From: Chiloscyllium plagiosum
Taxonomy: Eukaryota
Assembly (NCBI RefSeq): GCF_004010195.1
Contig: NC_057757.1
Coordinates: 8,753,014 to 8,817,013 of the forward strand
Direction: 5' to 3'
DNA: 64,000 nucleotides
Numbering within the stretch: the first letter of the stretch is position 1; each line of letters begins with the position of its first letter. Positions 11,570 to 22,986 of this stretch are shown in pieces. A program made the translations under genes and the position numbers. The notes beneath the pieces are model-generated. The model worked only from the letters and a program-made list of their open reading frames with translations. It did no database searches and was not told the origin of the DNA.

Positions 11570-12085
11570 GACCATATATGTGTGTCTTTACGTATGCATC
11601 TCTATGGATATGTGTGTGTTTGTATATTCATGTGTATTTCTGGCTCTGTGTCTGTGTTTCTGACCTTTCTGACTATCTCTGACTATCTGTGTGCACATGT
11701 GTGTTAGTTTGTCTCAGTGCGTGCATTCACGTGTGTCTCTATCTTAGTGTGCCACTTTGGGCCTGTGTCTCTGTGCAGTGGGCTCGCAGTTGTTTCGGGC
11801 ACTGTATCCATTAAATAGGGTTATTCAAAAATCTGTCTGTCTTCAATCTATTCTTCGTGTATTTAAATTGATACAATGCTGTTGGTCATGTTGACATGTC
11901 CTCTGCCTGCAATGGGACACAGTTTGTCCTGGAGGGAAGTTTAAATGAATGAATGAAATAACTCTGATGAATCAATGTCTTGTCTGTCCCTGTTGTGTTT
12001 AAAGTGATGCAATGCCACCCTCTGCTGGCCACCTCTCGCCACTGCACAAGCGGAAGGTTTTTTTTGAAAGACAATGTGCTCCTGA
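11570..12085. repeat. Left arm of a ~500-bp diverged inverted duplication (partner 13717-14217)
   Basis: Reverse complement CAGGAGCACATTGTC...GGCCAGCAGAGGGTGGCATTGCATCACTTTAAACACAACAGGGACAGACA matches CAGGAGCAAATTGTC...GGCCAGCAGAGGGTTGAATTGTATCACATTAAACACAAGAGGGATAGGCACA; the TG-rich and CA-rich tails also mirror each other. Confidence 0.85.
12013..12046 (-). promoter_or_regulatory. Candidate extended CTCF site (upstream motif plus core)
   Basis: Minus strand TGCAGTGGC-GAGAGG-TGGCCAGCAGAGGGTGGCA resembles the CTCF core preceded by the TGCAGT upstream motif at 6-bp spacing. Motif match only. Confidence 0.5.
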
Positions 12086-12144
12086 TATTCTATTATTTCT
12101 GGAAGTGTCACACTGAGTGACACAAAGGCGCAAGGGTCTGCGTA

Positions 12145-12154
12145 GTGACGTCAC
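12145..12154. promoter_or_regulatory. Perfect palindromic CRE (GTGACGTCAC)
   Basis: Full TGACGTCA at 12146-12153, ~100 bp from the CTCF-like site. Confidence 0.35.
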
Positions 12155-12689
12155 CCCAAAATGACCTCCCCTATGGGGAAGGACGGAGAAGGAGGGTGTG
12201 GGATTAGGCAAGAGGTGACTCCGGACAGGCTGTAAAGTGTTGCAGAGTGGCTCCCTCTGGAGGTCTGGAGGAGGAATCAGCAGCCACTCTCTGAATGAAT
12301 GAAGCACGATTTTTTAAGATAAATGTCGCACTGGATCCTATATTCTCTTTTCATCATTCTGGAATAAGGCAATAGACACCTCCTGAAATAGCAAAATTAA
12401 TTAATTACTTCAGTGCTACAAGACAGGAAATGACTAAGTTTTAGGAACCACTGAAGGATGAAAACATTTAACATTAATATTCGCACACCATCCAGGGATG
12501 TGCACACTGGGTGGCTTGGCCATGGTAAATGCAGGGTTTCAGGATTCCTTCACAGGAATTGTTCTGTTTAAGCAGCTAGACGCAGCTTACACTGAAAACC
12601 AAAATAATAGCTAAGCATTTCCAAAAGCTTATTTGGATAGAGGTTATGGGAGTATTGAAATATCATATCCACAAAAGCTCAAAATATAG

Positions 12690-13440
12690 TTCAAAAACAG
12701 GAGCTTCGAAGTGGCCAGCGCCTAGTTATAGGAAGGATATTATTAAGCTGAGATGGTCTAGAAGAAATTTACCAGGATGTTACCAGAAATGGAAGGCTTG
12801 TGTTATGGTTAGATTAGATACCCTACAATGTGGAATCAGGCCGTTTGGCACATCAAGTCCACACTGATCCTCCGAAGAGTAACCCACCCGCACCCATTCC
12901 CCTCTGACTGATGCACCTAACACTATGGGCAATTTAGCATGGCCAATCCACCTGACCTGCACATCTTTGGACTGTGGAAGGAAACTGGAGGACCCAGAGG
13001 AACCCGACGCAGACACAGGGAGAATGTACAAACTCCATACAGACAGTAACCCGAGGCTGGACTCGAACCTGGGTCCCTGGTGCTGTGAGGCTGCGTTGAT
13101 AACCACTGAGCCGCCCCTAAATAGAGATTTAAGAGCACACCTCTGGAACAGGTGGGTCCTGAACCAGGATCTCCTGTCTCAGAGGTAAGCACACTATCAC
13201 TGCACCATAACAGCCCTCAACATATAAAGAAGTGTGGATTGTCTGAAATCGTTTTTCCACTGTAGCGTAGGAGTTTGAGAGGCGATCTGATATAAGTTTA
13301 TAAAGTGATAAGAGGTATAGATAGAGTTAATGGTAGTTAACTGTTACCGAGGATGGGCAATTCCAAGAGAATGGGACACACTTTTAAGGAGAAAGGAGAG
13401 AGATTTAAAAAAGACATGAGCAAATTTTTGCATAAACGGT
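12690..13440 (+). mobile_element. Degraded CR1 LINE 3' fragment interrupted by SINEs
   Basis: TATAGGAAGGATATTATTAAGCTG...TTTACCAGGATGTTACCAG and GAGAGGCGATCTGATATAAGTTTATAAA match the CR1 ORF2 C-terminus. Confidence 0.75.
12808..13118 (-). mobile_element. HE1 / V-SINE
   Basis: Colinear with 9199-9508; (TTAGA)n tail at 12808. Confidence 0.9.
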
Positions 13441-13716
13441 AGCTTTCATGTGACATGAACAAGCAGAAATTGGAAGCAATGTGACAGTATGTTTAGTGAT
13501 CATGAACTTGCTTTCTCTTTATTATTGATGGATCGTGTGATTGCTCAGAACACTTAAGAAAATAAACCACATCTTTTCACAGTTCATAGAACTAGGCTAA
13601 AATTTTATACACACTCAGAGAGATAAAGCAATCTGTATATATCCATCTGTATTTCCATTCACTATTTTTGAACTGGGAACAGTGACTGCAGTTAATAAAT
13701 AATAGAGTGGCTAGCA

Positions 13717-14217
13717 GGCAGGAGCAAATTGTCCCAGAAAAATGAACTGCCTATTTTTCTGTGGCACAGGGAGGCCAGCAGAGGGTTGAATTGTATCACA
13801 TTAAACACAAGAGGGATAGGCACAGAGACAGTTCGAGGAATTGGTTCGTCACCTTTTCAAATTCAATCATATATTCCTTCAGCCTACACTCTTGAACATA
13901 CTGTATCACATTGTGGAATAAGATAGTTGCACACACGCCCGTGTGTTAGAGGGTTTTTAAAGCACAATTTCAATCGACACAACACTGAAGACAGCCGGGA
14001 TCCCATTGCACAGAGACACAGACACAGAGAGAAACACAGTAATACACATACAGAGACACATGAGCAGATACATACATGTTTTCACACACACACAGCGAAA
14101 GACAGATACAGAGAAACTCACTGCAATTCAGGAGCAAACACAGATCCACACAGATTCAGATACACAGACGCACAATCAAGCAAACAGATGCACATATATA
14201 TAAACACACACATATGA
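13717..14217. repeat. Right arm of inverted duplication; carries second CTCF-like site at ~13757-13790 (+)
   Basis: See 11570-12085; + strand TTCTGTGGC-ACAGGG-AGGCCAGCAGAGGGTTGAA. Confidence 0.85.
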
Positions 14218-14239
14218 AGGGACACACGTGACACATAGA

Positions 14240-14555
14240 GACACACTCATCCTCTCCTTCAAACTCAATCTCACCATCTCTCAAACTCATACAATCTGTA
14301 CATGAGAGGGACATGGAAAATCTCGCCATCTCTCACAGTTAATCTCTCTCATACTGACTCTTGCTGTCTCTCTCTCTCACACACACTCTTGCTATCCCTG
14401 TCTCATACACAAACCCCCTACCTCTCTCATGTGGAATCTCGCTATCTCTGTCTCACAAATCCCGCTATCTCTCTTGCATAATTCCATTATCTCTCTCACA
14501 CAATCCTATTGAATCTCTTGCACAATCCCACGAAATCGATCTCTCTCATACACGT
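14240..14555. repeat. CT/CA-rich low-complexity degenerate repeat
   Basis: Recurrent ATCTCGCTATCTCT / CTCACACAATC motifs. Confidence 0.6.
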
Positions 14556-15139
14556 TCTAGGTGCCCTTCTGGTGTCCCATGGGACCAGGGGATATGGGAA
14601 GGAGGGTGGGTTTCAGGATTTAAGCTTGATGATTAGCCTTGATTATTTTGGATAACAGGACATGCTCGAGGGGCCAAATGACCTATCTTTATTTGGGATT
14701 TCCCCAGGTTCACTGACCAAGACCCACATTGGTTTGGAGAGAAAACTGTGGGGACGACTAAAGAGGCTGTGTACCGATATGGAGAGCTTCACTGAGTTGT
14801 CAACTAATTAGCAGATGGAGTGTAATGTCGAGAAATATTCCTTTGCAGGAGAGATTTCCATACTAACTCAGTGAGCAATTAAACATCCCGTTACCTGCCC
14901 TTACCAAATTTCTAGACCCAGTGAAATTTTGACACTGAGGGAGCACAGTTTTCTGACGAGATATTACTACACTGCAGCATTAAGGTACTGAGTGTAACAG
15001 ACTTTGCTACATTCCATCATACCATCATTTTGGCTGTCTATATCGTTTGAAGTATATTTCAAACACTGTCAGACTGAAACTAACACGGTGATGTAATTCA
15101 TGCTAGGTGCTATCGAGATGGGCATTAGCAAAGAATTTG

Positions 15140-16165
15140 AGAAAGTGCCTCATGGCAAGCTGGTGCAGGACGTCGAGTCTCATGGGATCCGGGGTATGTT
15201 GGCTAGATGAATATAGAACTGACTTGGTCACAGAAGACAGCGAATACCAGTGAAATGGTTTTGTACCGAATGGGGTTCAGTAGCTAGTCGATGTTCCAGA
15301 GGGATCAGTGTTAGTAACTTTGTTGATTGTAATACATATCAATGATGTGGAGGAAAATGTAATTTGGCTGATTTGTAAGTTTGCAGATGACACCAAAATT
15401 GGTGGACTGGCAAAACATATCACGGAAATAGATAGATTGCAGATTTGGACAAAAGAAGGGTGGATGGAGTTTAATTTACACAAATGGGACATGATGCATT
15501 TGGACAATCAAATTCAGGTGCGAATTATACAATAAATGGCAGACCCGAAGGAGCATTGACATACCGAGGGATCTGGGCATACAGGTCCACAGATTACTGA
15601 AAGTGGCAACAAGGTGGTCAAGAAAGCACACAGACGTTTGCTTTCTTTGACCCAAGCATCGAATGTAAAAGTTGCCAATTTATGTTACCACTTTACAAAA
15701 CTTCAGTTCGGTTACATTTAGAATATTGTGTGCAGTTGTGCTCGCCACATTGCTAGAAGGATGTGGATAAATTGGAGAAGGCGCAGAGAAGATTTACCAT
15801 GACGTTGCCAGGTCTGAAGACTTTTAGTTCTGAGGAGAGGTTGCTTAAACGTGGACTGATTTCACAGACAGAGGCGCAGGATGGGGAATTCCAAGACGAG
15901 GGGCCACATTTTTAAAGATAGATTCAAAAAGAAATGGGGACAATTGTTTTTTATTACACAGAGGGTGGTTCGCATGTGGAAGGAACTTCCTGTGGAAGTG
16001 GTGGATCTGGGCACAGTTACAGCGTTTAAAAGACATTGGGATAAGTACAAGAATTGGAAAAGGTTGGAGGGATCTGAGCCAGGAGCAGACAGACAGGACT
16101 AGTTTAGTTTGGGATATTTTCAGCATGGACTAGTTGGATAAAAGGATATGTTGCTATGCTGTCTG
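15140..16165 (+). mobile_element. CR1 (HER1-like) LINE, decayed RT and 3' end
   Basis: Translates INDVEE...CKFADDTKIGG and FFITQRVVRMWKELP; multiple stops. Confidence 0.9.
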
Positions 16166-16169
16166 ACTG

Positions 16170-16450
16170 TAAGAGGGCACAGGTTCAAGTTGAGGCGGGA
16201 CATTTAGAGGTAAAGTGTGGGAAACATTTTTCACAAAGAGGGTGGAAGGTACCTGGAACGCACTGGTAGGGGAGGTGGTTGAAGTAGGCATGTTAGCAAA
16301 GATTAAGGTGTATTTGATAGACACATGAACGGGAGGCGAACAGAGGGATAGAAACAGTGCATGAGGAGAAAGGAGCGTGTCTAAATAAATATTCAAAATC
16401 AGCACAAGCTTGGTGGGATATAAGGCCTGTTCCTGTGTTGTATGGTTCTT
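16170..16450 (+). mobile_element. CR1 3' end fragment
   Basis: AGAGGGCACAGGTTCAAG...TTTTTCACAAAGAGGGTGGAAGGTACCTGGAACGCACTG...GGCCTGTTCCTGTGTTGTA. Confidence 0.8.
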
Positions 16451-17205
16451 TGAAGTTAGATGAGAATGTTGCTGTGTAAAATTGTGAGACAATATGAAAC
16501 CGTATTGTCCAGGGTTTGGCTGATCTTGTACACAAAAATCAGATAGTTACCGTAGTGGTAGAGCCAACAAATCAGAGGGCAAATAATACATTGTCAGTTA
16601 TTTCCAGGAGAGCTTGTATTCGGAACGTGAGGACTTCTTGCTCTGAATCACTCTAGGTCAGGTATAGATTTCACTGAAGGTATTGAAGAGAGTGTAACAC
16701 GTAGTCACACTGTCGTACAAAGATTCAGTCAACCTCTCACACACCAATCTCAGTCACAATCACTCACACACAAACACGAAATCTCAGAAACTGACACATA
16801 AAAGCTCACACCCACAAGCACCCTCAGTCATGCACTCACACATGCATGTACTCATATTTTCACACGGACAGAAGCACACCCACACAAGTACGCACTAAAA
16901 TTCAAATATTCTTTTCGTGAATCCACTTTAGAGAAGAATACATCTCTTTCCTTTTGCAGACGCATACAAAATCCTACATTGTATACACACACACAGCCAC
17001 ACACTCTCAAAAACACACACTCACTCTCACACACACAAACTATATGGTGAATCATTCCATTCAGGTGTGTTTTATTACTAATATACTTTCTTTTAAAATT
17101 GCAGACAGCACACAACATTTCCCAGTAGGAAAATGTGACATTTTATAAATTCCTGTTTTCGTGATGACTCCAGGATAAATATCTGAAACAGATTACTGCA
17201 AGCAA

Positions 17206-18130
17206 AAGAGGTATAGTTAGTAAGTTTGTAGCTGACACCAAAATTGGAGGTATAATGGACAGCGAAGGAGGTTACCTCAGATTACAACAGGATCTTGATC
17301 AGATGGGCCAATGGGCTGAGAAGTGGCAGATGGAGTTTAATTCAGATAAATACGAGGTGCCGCATTTTGGGAAAGCAAATCTTAGCAGAACTTATACACT
17401 TAATGGTGAGGTCCTCGGAGGGTTGGTGAACAAAGAGACTTTGGAGTGCAGGATCACAGCTCCTTAAAAGTGGAGTCGCAGGTAGATAGGATAGTGAAGA
17501 AGGCATTTGGTATGCTTTCCATTTTTGATCATTATACTGAGTACAAGAGTTGGGAGGTCATGTTGTGGCTGTACAGGACATTGGTTAGGCCAGTATTGGA
17601 ATATTGCTTGCATTTCTGGTCTCCTTCCTATCGGAAAGATGTGAAACTTGAAAGGGTTCAGAAAAGATTTACAAGGATGTTGCCAGGGTTGGAGGATTTG
17701 AGCTATAGGGAGGGAGTAAACAGGCTGAGATTATTTTCGCTGGAGCATCGGAGGCTGAGGGGTGACCTTATAGAGGTTTACAAAATTATGAGGGGCATGA
17801 ATAGCATAAGTAGACAGAGTTTTTTTCCCTGGGGTCGGGGAGTCCAGAACTAGAGGCCATAGGTTTAGGTTGAGAGGGAAAAGATTTAAAAGAGACCTAA
17901 GGGGCAACTTTTTCACACAGAGGGTGATATGTGTATGGAATGATCTGCCGGAGGAAGTGGTGAAGGCTGGTACAATTGCAACATTTAAGAGGCATTTGGA
18001 TGGGTATATGAATAGGAAGAGTTTGGACGGATATGGGCCGGGTGCTGGCAGGTGGGACTAGATTGGGTCGGGATATCAGGTTGGCGGGTTGGCCCGAAGG
18101 GTCTGTTTCCATGCTGTACATCTCTGTGAC
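17206..18130 (+). mobile_element. CR1 (HER1-like) LINE, 5'-truncated, relatively young
   Basis: LQQDLDQMGQWAEKWQMEFN and LYRTLVRPVLEYC...LERVQKRFTRMLPG...RRLRGDLIEVYKIM; absent at the paralogous site ~43630. Confidence 0.95.
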
Positions 18131-18864
18131 TAACCAGACCTCACATTTACCATTCAGTAGCTGACTGAAATGTCACCTTTTGTATATTTCTGCCAGTTTG
18201 ATGTTTGAAAGTTAGGTACTGCTGGAAATACTTAATTATCTAGGGGCAGTAGCATTAAAAAGATTCTGGAATTTGCATCTTAATCAATTAAAACTTGCAT
18301 ATCCTTTTGAACAGAGTTTCCATACCCTGCTTTTGCAAAGCAAATTTGACATTTCTGCAATGTAAGAATATCTGAATACAATTTTTAATACAATTGTCCC
18401 TCTCCTGTGCTGACAGAATTCGAGTCAAACTTAGACCTTTTCTGTTCCTGCACTTAGTTTAACATTGTAAAATTTTGTTTATATTTTCCATCATTAGTTT
18501 AACATCCAGAAAGCATATATTCACATCACCACTGTATTAAATCTGCAGGAAGTTGCAAGATGATAATGTAAAATGTGTTAGCTGTGTTTTAACCTCAAAA
18601 GCCAAACCGAAAGATTCAGAAGGTGTCAGTCAGTCAGCCGTTGGAAGTTTGTTCACGGCAGCCTTTCATGTTAGCACATCACTGACGTTAACTTTATAAA
18701 TAGGGAAAAGCAAGAAAGAATGTGGGGAGTTGGGAGTCTGCTCGAATTGGAGTGAAGTGTGGATCCATCAGAATGATAACTGGCAGCAAGGGTTCAATGG
18801 CGACGGAGTGAATGGCACACACCCAGGTTTGTATTCCTGAAATTTAGAAGGATCTGAAATAATT

Positions 18865-20685
18865 CAGGTCTAGGGTGTAGGTTTGCTCGCTGAGCTGTAG
18901 GTTTGATATCCAGACGTTTCTTTACCTGGCATGGTAACATCATCAGTGGCGACCTCCAAGTGAAGCGAAACTGTTGTCTCCTGCTTTCTATTTATATGTT
19001 TATCCTGGATGGGTTTCCTGGGGTTTGTGGTGATGTCATTTCCTGTTTGTTTTCTGAGGGGTTGATAGATGGTATCTAGATCTATGTGTTTGTTTATGGC
19101 GGTGTCGTTGGAGTGCCAGGCCTCTAGGAATTCTCTGGCATGTCTTTGCTTAGCCTGTCCCAGGATAGATGTGTTGTCCCAATTGAAATGGTGTTTTTTT
19201 TTCATCTGTGTGTAGGGCTACGAGGGAGAGAGGGTCATGTCTTTTTGTGGCTAGCTGGTGTTCGTGTATCCTGGTGGCTAACTTTCTTCCTGTTTGTCCT
19301 ACGTAGTGTTTGTGGCAGTCCTTGCATGGAATTTTGCAGACGACGTTGATTTTGTCCATGGGCTGTACTGGGTCTTTTAAGTTTGTTAGTTTTTGTTTGA
19401 GAGTATTGGTGGGTTTGTGTGCTATTAGGATTCTGAGGGGTTTTAGTAGTCTGGCTGTCATTTCTGAAACTTCTTTGAGTTATGGTAAGCTGGTTAGGGT
19501 TTTTGGCTGTGTTTGGTCTGCTTGTCGTGGTTTATTCTTGAGGAATCTGGGGACTGTATTTTTTGAGTGTCCATTCTTCATGAATACATTGTATAGGTGG
19601 TTCTCCTCTGTTTTCCGTAGTTCGTCTGTGCTGCAGTGTGTGGTGGCTCATTGGAATAGTGTTCTGATACAGCTTCGTTTGTGTGTGTTGGGATGGTTGC
19701 TGGTCAGTGTTTGTCGGATTTCTGTATACGCAGGTTTGTAGTTCTCCGTTATCCTTTCTTTCGACTGTGACGTCCAGGAATGCGAGTTTGTTGTCAATTT
19801 CTTCCTCCTTGGTGAACTTTATGCCTGTGAGGGTGTTGTTGATGATGTTAAATGTCTCTTCTACCTTGTTTTGTTTTGTGATGACACAGGTGTCATCTAC
19901 GTAGCGGACCCAGATTTTTGGTTTGATGGTTGGTAGAGCTGTTTGTTCCAGTCTTTGCATTACCGCTTCTGCTATGAATCCAGATAGCGGAGATCCCACG
20001 GGTGTGCCGTTGGTTTGTTTGTAGATTATGTTGTTGAAGGTGAAGTGGGTGGTGAGGCACAGGTCCACTAGCTTCATGATGTTTTCGTTGGTAATGTGAT
20101 TGATGGTGGTTGGGGTGTGTGTGGTGGTCGCTTCTAAAAGTGTGGTAAGTGTTTCCTTTGCCAGGTCGATGTTCATGGAGGTGAACAGTGCTCTTACGTC
20201 AAATGAGATCATTGTTTCATCTTCCTCTATTTTGATGTTTTTGATGATTTTTAGGAATTCCTGGTTGGAATGGATGGAGTGCTGTGATTCTTGTACTAGG
20301 TATTTCAGTCTTGTACGTAGTTCTTTGGCCAGTCTATAAGTTGGTGTTCCAGGTATTTCGACTGGGACAACACATCTATCTATGCCAGAGAATTCCTAGA
20401 GGCCTGGCACTCCAACCACAACGCCATAAACAAACGCATAGATTTAGATACTATCTATCAACCCCTCAGAAAACAGGAAATGACATCACCGCAAATCCCA
20501 GGAACCCCATCCAGGACAAACATATAAATCAAAAACAGGAGACAACAGCTTCGCTTCACTTGGAGGTCACCACTGATGATGTGACCTAGCCAGGTAATTA
20601 AACATCTGGATATCAAACCTACAGCTCAGCGAGCAAACATACACCCTAAACCTCAACCAGAGCTACAAACCTTCACAAACGTTGC
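18865..20685 (-). mobile_element. Penelope-like retroelement: RT plus GIY-YIG, frameshifted, 5'-truncated, with inverted copy of its 3' end at ~20355-20685
   Basis: RT motifs SFDVRALFT, QTNGTPVGSPLS, RYVDD, LAFLDV (19532-20212). GIY-YIG VCKIPCKDCHKHYVGQTGRKLATRIHEH (19150-19461). Candidate 7-bp TSD AATAATT (18858-18864, 20686-20692); empty paralogous site at ~44370. Confidence 0.95.
18910..18949 (-). ncRNA. Minimal hammerhead ribozyme motif of the Penelope terminal repeat
   Basis: CCA-CUGAUGA-U-GUUACC-AUGCCA-GGUAAA-GAAA-CGUC-UGG: intact core, UUACC/GGUAA stem II, CCA/UGG helix I. The inverted copy at ~20570-20609 has a mutated GAAA/GUC. Confidence 0.72.
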
Positions 20686-20894
20686 AATAATTGAGACTTT
20701 AAAGAAAAGAATGGACACTTTTGGGATAGAGAGAAAGGCTTCTTGCTGCTTCTGGATCGAGAACGAGAATCACTGTCTTCAGGTCTGACAATATGCTGAA
20801 ACCCTTTCAGAGTTTTGATCACTTATTACACTTATACATATAAATTTATAAAATATCAGACACAGTTATATAGAGTTATGAATTATATTATATT

Positions 20895-21820
20895 TATACT
20901 CATTCATGGGATTGTGGCATTTCTGGCTGGGCCAGCATTTGTTGCCCATAAACAGCTGATCTGGAGGAAGTGTCAGTGAGCTGCCTTCCTGAACTGTTGC
21001 TATCCACTTGGGGCAGGTAAACTCACAATGATGGAAGTGAAATGGAAGTGGCATTGGTTGAAAATCTTGGAACTCCTTCTCTTACATCACGGTGGGTTTA
21101 CCCGAACCAAATCGATCATTCCGTGTGTCTGGAAGCTGTGCTGTAACTTGGTGAGTTTCTGCAGTGTAACTTGTCCATTGTCAACACTGTTGTTGCTGAG
21201 TGTCGGCGGTGGAGACAGGGGATGCTTGTGACTGTGATGCTGAGCAAGCTACCTACATGTGGCTGCAAGAGCAGGGTCAGAGACTAGGGATACTGCGGCC
21301 AGTAAGTCACCTCCTGACACCCCAAAGTCTATTCACCATCAACAAGGCATATGTCAGGAGTGTGATGGAATACTCCCCACTTGCCTGGATGGGTGCAGCT
21401 CCAACAACACTCAAGAAGCTTGACACCAGCGTGCTTTTATGGCACCACATCCACAAACATTCATTCCCTCCACCACCAGTTGTCAGTAGTAGCAGTATGT
21501 ACTATCTGTAAGATGCCCTGCAGAAAATCACCAAAGACCCATAGACAGCACTTTGCAAACCCACAACTAATTCAATCTGGAAGGACAAGGGTAGCAGGTA
21601 TGTGGGAACACCATTACCTGCGAGTTCCCCTCCAAGCCACACCACACTGACTTGTGAAGTCCTGGATTTCCCTCCCTAGCAGCATTGTGGGTTAAACCAC
21701 AGCTAGTGGGCAACAATGATTCAAGAAGACCTCTCACCACCACCTTCCCAAGGGCAAATAGGAATGGGCTATCAATGGTGGCCAGCCAGAGACACTCAAG
21801 TCCCTCAAATGAATTATTTT
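20895..21820. mobile_element. Two L2/CR1-clade LINE 3' fragments in opposite orientation (minus 20895-21250, plus 21255-21820)
   Basis: Plus copy translates HLLTPQSLFTINKAYVRSVMEYSPLAWMGAAPTTLKKLDT (LINE ORF2 C-terminus); the outer ends are reverse complements. Confidence 0.8.
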
Positions 21821-22096
21821 ATAAAGAAACTATGGAGAGCACAGGTGTTCCTGATGTGGTCTGACATTAATTTTGTTCCGACTATTTACTTAGTGGAATC
21901 TGTTCTGTGAAATAAAAATGAAGAAAACTGGATATGCTCAGTGGGTCAGAGAGGGTAGACTCAACAGGTTGAGTCATTCCTTGCCCACATGGAATGGATG
22001 TTGCCAAGTTGCTACTACTCATTTTCCTTTCGGTCCATTCCTCTTGTGGACTGTTCGCTCCATTATCTGCTGCATTTAATTGTTGACTTTCAGGTG

Positions 22097-22986
22097 TTAC
22101 TTGGATTTTATATTCATCAATTGAATTATTTTTATAACTGGACTTTTCATAGTATATTTTAACTGTTCTCTGAAAGCTTTCTGTGTCACCACACAAATAA
22201 GTGCATTTGAGCAGTAGCCTAAGTCCCGCAGCATATATGTGACTTGTTCAAAGAGGTGCAAAGCAGCAGAATCCAAGGAATAACCAGCTTGAAAGCTATA
22301 TAAAATATACATCAACCAGAAAAATAGGAAACTGGCGGATATGGAAAATAATAAAATTTTAGAATTCCGTCTGGTCTCTGCCTCTGGGTCATTCACTGTT
22401 TTTCTCTGATCCCTGAGCCCTTTATGCATCTTAATGGCTTCAAATATATGCCTGACAATCAGAAGGTTGATAAAAAGAACAAAAATGAAAGGCACAAATG
22501 GTGTTAAAAAATGTTCAAAATATTTAAAACTTGCCCACCGATGGTCACGGTAATAACTGGACCTGATATAGCAGAACCACGGAACTTTATTGATGAACTT
22601 TCCAGGTTTATATCGAAAGTAGTTGGGAATGTTCTTTATAGAAAAGATAATGCAGATTGTTGCTACAACTTTCATTGCAGTTTTCTTTGTGCAATATTTA
22701 GCTTTCATCTGATGAAAACAAATGGCAACAAATTGATCAAACGAAAAAGCAGCAGTGAACCAGACAGAACAATCGACGGTCAAGAGGCTCAATACAGAGA
22801 TAATACTACAGACAGGAGTGATGTCCAGGAAACATGTTGGATAATAATAGTAACGAAATCGATGAAGTATAGCATCAAAAGTAATGAACAGCAGATCAGA
22901 CAATGTCATGGCCAACAGATAGCAAGTGGTGCATTTCGAAAGTGCACACTTTCCCCCAGTCAAGAATACAATCGCCACTAGAATAA
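22097..22986 (-). CDS. Class A orphan GPCR, GPR139/GPR142-like (gene 1), main coding exon; first exon not located
   Basis: Uninterrupted frame with TM1(end)-TM7 and family motifs GKCALSKC, YLLAM..SDLL, TPVC, DCSVWFTAAFSFDQFVAIC, KNIP, VPWFC, LTPFVPF, LLFSISASF, FREQLK. Polypyrimidine acceptor TTTTTACTTTCTCTTACAG at 22987, phase 1. Confidence 0.85.

Noticed and set aside
13927..14217. His/Thr-rich ORFs (also 16852-17148, 42783-42977)
   Set aside because: Translations of CA-rich simple sequence.
22511..22981. 156-aa plus-strand ORF
   Set aside because: Antisense shadow of the GPCR exon with no independent coding features.
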